Below, one piece after another: positions 15,374 through 18,105 of a stretch of 18,105 bases of DNA. The DNA comes from Elusimicrobiota bacterium (GTDB lineage: Bacteria; CG03; SLGR01; JBDRKX01), in the NCBI GenBank assembly GCA_043813605.1, contig JBDRKX010000038.1, positions 1 through 18,105 of the forward strand, in the 5' to 3' direction. Each line of letters starts with the position of its first letter. Position 1 is the first letter of the stretch. The notes below the pieces were generated by a model. It made no database searches and was not told where the DNA came from. It was given only the letters and a program-made list of their open reading frames with translations. The translations under genes were made by a program, and so were the position numbers.

Positions 15374-15987
15374 TCTGTTCTCCTTTCGCAGAGCATCTGT
15401 ATATACGGAACCGGTTTAAGTATTTTAACGGGTACGAACTTGCCGGAGATCAGGCCGCTAAAACTGCGGCTGTTCCAGTGATGGAGATGTCCCGGCGTAT
15501 TCCCCAGTTTTTTCATATATTTCAGGCGGCATAGATTCATTATGCGCCAGAGCGGTTCATTCGGTACCGTGAATATAAACTGCTGCCTGCCGACACGGGC
15601 GGCTTCGGCAAGGGCTTTTTCCGGGGACTTGATGTGTTCCAGCGTTTCGGAAGCTATGACCAGGTCAAAGGAAGACCCGTCAAAAGCGAGTGCGCATGCC
15701 GATTGGACGGAAAACTCTATTTCCGGGTAGTTCCTTGAGGCGGTCTCTATTATCTCAGGCGAGATGTCTATTCCGCATACAGTTGTATCGCCTTTGTAGA
15801 AATCCCTGATGAGTTTAGTCGTGTGTCCTTCTGCGCATCCTATCTCAAGGACGGTGCGCGGTTTTACCAAACCGAGAAGTGATCTGAAAGAATGGTTAAA
15901 TTTTTTTACAAGATATTTTTCAATGGGATTTTTCGTATTCTGCTTGTCGTAATAGTTACCGGCGATTATATTGCTTTTGTCTATCAT
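15370..15987 (-). CDS. Class I SAM-dependent methyltransferase
   Basis: Motif I VLEIGCAEG, GIDIS, FDLVIASETLEHI and TVPNEP. Confidence 0.9.
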   Translation of the reverse strand: MIDKSNIIAGNYYDKQNTKNPIEKYLVKKFNHSFRSLLGLVKPRTVLEIGCAEGHTTKLIRDFYKGDTTVCGIDISPEIIETASRNYPEIEFSVQSACALAFDGSSFDLVIASETLEHIKSPEKALAEAARVGRQQFIFTVPNEPLWRIMNLCRLKYMKKLGNTPGHLHHWNSRSFSGLISGKFVPVKILKPVPYIQMLCERRTE

Positions 15988-15996
15988 ACGGCTGAA

Positions 15997-16025
15997 ATTT
16001 TATAGAATGTCTGGCGTTTTGTCAA
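15997..16025 (-). promoter_or_regulatory. Sigma70-type promoter for the methyltransferase/GT2/GT-C/radical SAM operon
   Basis: Minus strand TTGACA (16025-16020), 17 nt spacer, TAAAAT (16002-15997). Confidence 0.75.
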
Positions 16026-16074
16026 TAAATATGTATAAATATAGAGATAATACCATATAATAAAACACAAAGAC

Positions 16075-16103
16075 TTGAAACTCGGCGGAAAATTTACTAG
16101 AAT
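16075..16103 (+). promoter_or_regulatory. Sigma70-type promoter for rpsB-tsf-pyrH
   Basis: TTGAAA (16075-16080), 17 nt spacer, TAGAAT (16098-16103). Confidence 0.7.
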
Positions 16104-16169
16104 TGTGAATTAATTCAGTGGGTGTAAGCAACAGAAAAGTAGTATAAAAAGAAAGAGAGAGGAAATATT

Positions 16170-17033
16170 ATGTCAATGGTAACAATCAGACAGCTGCTTG
16201 AAACAGGAGTGCATTTCGGTCATCAGACCTGTAATTGGAATCCGCGCATGGATAAGTATATCTTTACGGCAAGGAACAAGATCCATATTATCGATCTTGA
16301 AAAGACCGTAGAGTATATAAAGGGAGCCTATAATTACGTGCGGGATATGGTGGCTATGGGAAACGACGTACTTTTTGTATGCACAAAAAAACAGGGGAGC
16401 GAAATAGTCGAGGCGGAAGCCATCCGCTGCGGTATGTTCTATGTCAATTACAGATGGTGGGGCGGTATGCTCACTAATTTCAAAACAATAAAGAACAGCA
16501 TAGCCCATCTTAATGAACTGGAAAAGATGGAGACAGAGGGCACTATGGACAAGCTTACCAAGAAAGAAAAGGCAAAGCTTATGAAGGAAAAGATGAGGCT
16601 CAACAGGGGTCTCTGCGGTATTAAAAACATGGAACATCTTCCGGGGCTTGTCTACGCGGTGGATATCGATCTTGAAAGTATCGCTATCGCAGAAGCAAGA
16701 AAACTGAAAATACCGGTTGTCGGTCTCGTGGATACGAACTGTAATCCTGAATTTGTGGATAAAGTGATACCCGGAAACGACGATTCTATACGCTCGATAA
16801 GGCTTATTACTTCCATAATTACGGATGCGGTACTTGAGGGACTCAACCTGCGCGGTTCTGACGAAGCTTATCATTCCGAACCGGCTGAAGGCGCGGAGGC
16901 AGATGCGGAAGCCGGTGAAGTACCGGAAAAAATTATCATAGAGGATCTGAATATAGATGAATTCTCCGGAATAACCGAAGATACAGATAAGGTAGTCGAA
17001 GAAGAAACTACAGAAGAAGAAACTGAAAAATAA
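16170..17033 (+). CDS. rpsB: 30S ribosomal protein S2
   Basis: Motifs LLETGVHFGHQT-x-x-WNPRM, IHIIDL, RWWGGMLTNF, DTNCNP and IPGNDDSIRS; acidic C-terminal tail. Confidence 0.98.
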   Translation: MSMVTIRQLLETGVHFGHQTCNWNPRMDKYIFTARNKIHIIDLEKTVEYIKGAYNYVRDMVAMGNDVLFVCTKKQGSEIVEAEAIRCGMFYVNYRWWGGMLTNFKTIKNSIAHLNELEKMETEGTMDKLTKKEKAKLMKEKMRLNRGLCGIKNMEHLPGLVYAVDIDLESIAIAEARKLKIPVVGLVDTNCNPEFVDKVIPGNDDSIRSIRLITSIITDAVLEGLNLRGSDEAYHSEPAEGAEADAEAGEVPEKIIIEDLNIDEFSGITEDTDKVVEEETTEEETEK

Positions 17034-17035
17034 CT

Positions 17036-17043
17036 AAAGGAGG
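17036..17043 (+). promoter_or_regulatory. Shine-Dalgarno site for tsf
   Basis: AAAGGAGG ending 6 nt before the ATG at 17050. Confidence 0.8.
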
Positions 17044-17049
17044 AATATA

Positions 17050-17640
17050 ATGGGTCAGATGGAGCTTATACAGCAGTTGAGGGAAATGACGGGTGCAGGC
17101 ATAATGGATTGTAAGACAGCCCTCAAGGAAAGTGAAGGAAATATAGACAAGGCAGTAGATTACCTCAGGCAGAAAGGTAAAGCAAAAGCCGCAAAAAAAG
17201 CCTCTCGTCAGGCAAATGAAGGGGTAGTCTTTTCATATATACACCCCGGAGATAAGATCGGTGTCCTTCTGGAGATGAACTGCGAGACTGATTTTGTGGC
17301 GCGGACGGATGATTTTAAGAGCCTGGTCAAGGAAGTTGCCATGCAGATAGCGGCAGCTGATCCGAGATGGCTCAAAAGAGAAGAAGTAGGCGAAGACGAT
17401 CTTGACAGGGAGAAGAACATAATAAAGACTCAGTTGGAAGAACAGGGTAAACCGACAGATATGATAAATAAGATAGTCGAAGGTAAAATTGGTAAATTCT
17501 ATTCCGAGAACTGCCTGATAGAACAGGCTTATATAAGGGACGACAAGAGGACGATAAAAGAACTTATAGACGATACTGTTGCGAAACTGGGCGAAAACAT
17601 ACAGGTCTCACGGTTCGTACGGTACGAAGTGGGCAAATGA
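17050..17640 (+). CDS. tsf: Elongation factor Ts (short form)
   Basis: Motifs LREMTGAGIMDCK, NCETDFVAR and GENIQVSRFVRYEVG; follows rpsB. Confidence 0.98.
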   Translation: MGQMELIQQLREMTGAGIMDCKTALKESEGNIDKAVDYLRQKGKAKAAKKASRQANEGVVFSYIHPGDKIGVLLEMNCETDFVARTDDFKSLVKEVAMQIAAADPRWLKREEVGEDDLDREKNIIKTQLEEQGKPTDMINKIVEGKIGKFYSENCLIEQAYIRDDKRTIKELIDDTVAKLGENIQVSRFVRYEVGK

Positions 17641-18105
17641 GATATAAAAGAGTACTTATAAAACTCAGTGGGCAGATGCTCGGAGATAAGGGAAAGGGTT
17701 TCTCTGTTAAGAATGCGGCATGGACGGCGAAAGAGATCAAGAGCATAGCCGATCAGGGTATGGAAATAGCTGTTCTTGTGGGTGGGGGAAACATGGTGCG
17801 TGCCAGGGATATTGCCGACATAGACAGGCTTGCGGCCGATTTTATGGGAATGACTGCGACGATCATCAATTCACTGGGACTCAAGAGCGTTCTGGAGAAT
17901 ATAGGTATTAACGCAAAGGTAATGAGTGCCGTTAACCTGGAAGGCATAACCGAAAGGCACGTTGTCGACAGGGCGCGCGATTATCTTGCAAAGGGCAAGG
18001 TCGTGATATTTGCGGGCGGTACAGGTGCGCCCTATGTCACGACTGATACTGCAGCGGCGCTCCGAGCGCTCGAGATAGGCGCGGAGATAATACTTAAGGC
18101 TACCA
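17637..18105 (+). CDS. pyrH: UMP kinase (3'-truncated by window edge; absent from the ORF track)
   Basis: My translation from the ATG at 17637 (ATGA overlap with the tsf stop): MRYKRVLIKLSGQML...VGGGNMVR...ADFMGMTATIIN...FAGGTGAPYVTTDTAAALRALEIGAEIILKAT; canonical rpsB-tsf-pyrH order. Confidence 0.95.
   Translation, partial: MRYKRVLIKLSGQMLGDKGKGFSVKNAAWTAKEIKSIADQGMEIAVLVGGGNMVRARDIADIDRLAADFMGMTATIINSLGLKSVLENIGINAKVMSAVNLEGITERHVVDRARDYLAKGKVVIFAGGTGAPYVTTDTAAALRALEIGAEIILKAT

Noticed and set aside
16173..16874. 233-aa antisense ORF over rpsB
   Set aside because: Lies wholly opposite a conserved gene and has no recognisable motif; most likely a shadow ORF.
16850..17033. Long acidic C-terminal tail of RpsB
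   Set aside because: Variable acidic tails are common in S2 proteins.
17614..17628. Inverted repeat TTCGTAC-G-GTACGAA near the end of tsf
   Set aside because: One-base loop, lies within conserved coding sequence (RFVRYE), no U tract; probably chance.
17050..17640. EF-Ts of only 196 aa, possibly truncated
   Set aside because: The short form is well known (e.g. Thermus, cyanobacteria) and both termini are intact.
17720..17911. 63-aa + strand ORF from the track
   Set aside because: Out-of-frame ORF inside pyrH, which starts at 17637.
1..18105. CRISPR array, tRNA/rRNA, integrase or transposase
   Set aside because: Intergenic gaps are all under 200 bp, with no regular repeats or cloverleaf, and no recombinase motifs appear in any ORF.

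Overview
Bacterial chromosomal window with three blocks. (1) A tightly packed + strand housekeeping operon: gmk (partial), a small gene in the usual rpoZ position, split coaC and coaB, family-4 uracil-DNA glycosylase, priA, def, fmt, a DUF116-like protein and an M16 zinc peptidase. (2) A - strand accessory block: a coupled four-gene operon (class I SAM methyltransferase, polyprenol-phosphate-type GT2, GT-C-like membrane protein with TPR-like tail, B12-binding radical SAM enzyme), followed by a DUF1015-like gene with its own candidate promoter. (3) The + strand rpsB-tsf-pyrH operon; pyrH is partial and missing from the ORF track. I saw no RNA genes, CRISPR arrays or transposases. The best candidate for an uncharacterised system is the partly low-GC methyltransferase/GT2/GT-C/radical SAM operon, inferred to be an envelope glycan-modification pathway. 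Smaller oddities: a perfect 22-bp palindrome formed by the identical ends of two convergent genes, an omega-like protein with a Lys/Ala tail, a hairpin insert flanked by 9-bp direct repeats, a Cys-less split CoaC, and possible dual starts for the peptidase. All calls rest on motif recognition by eye; no searches were run.
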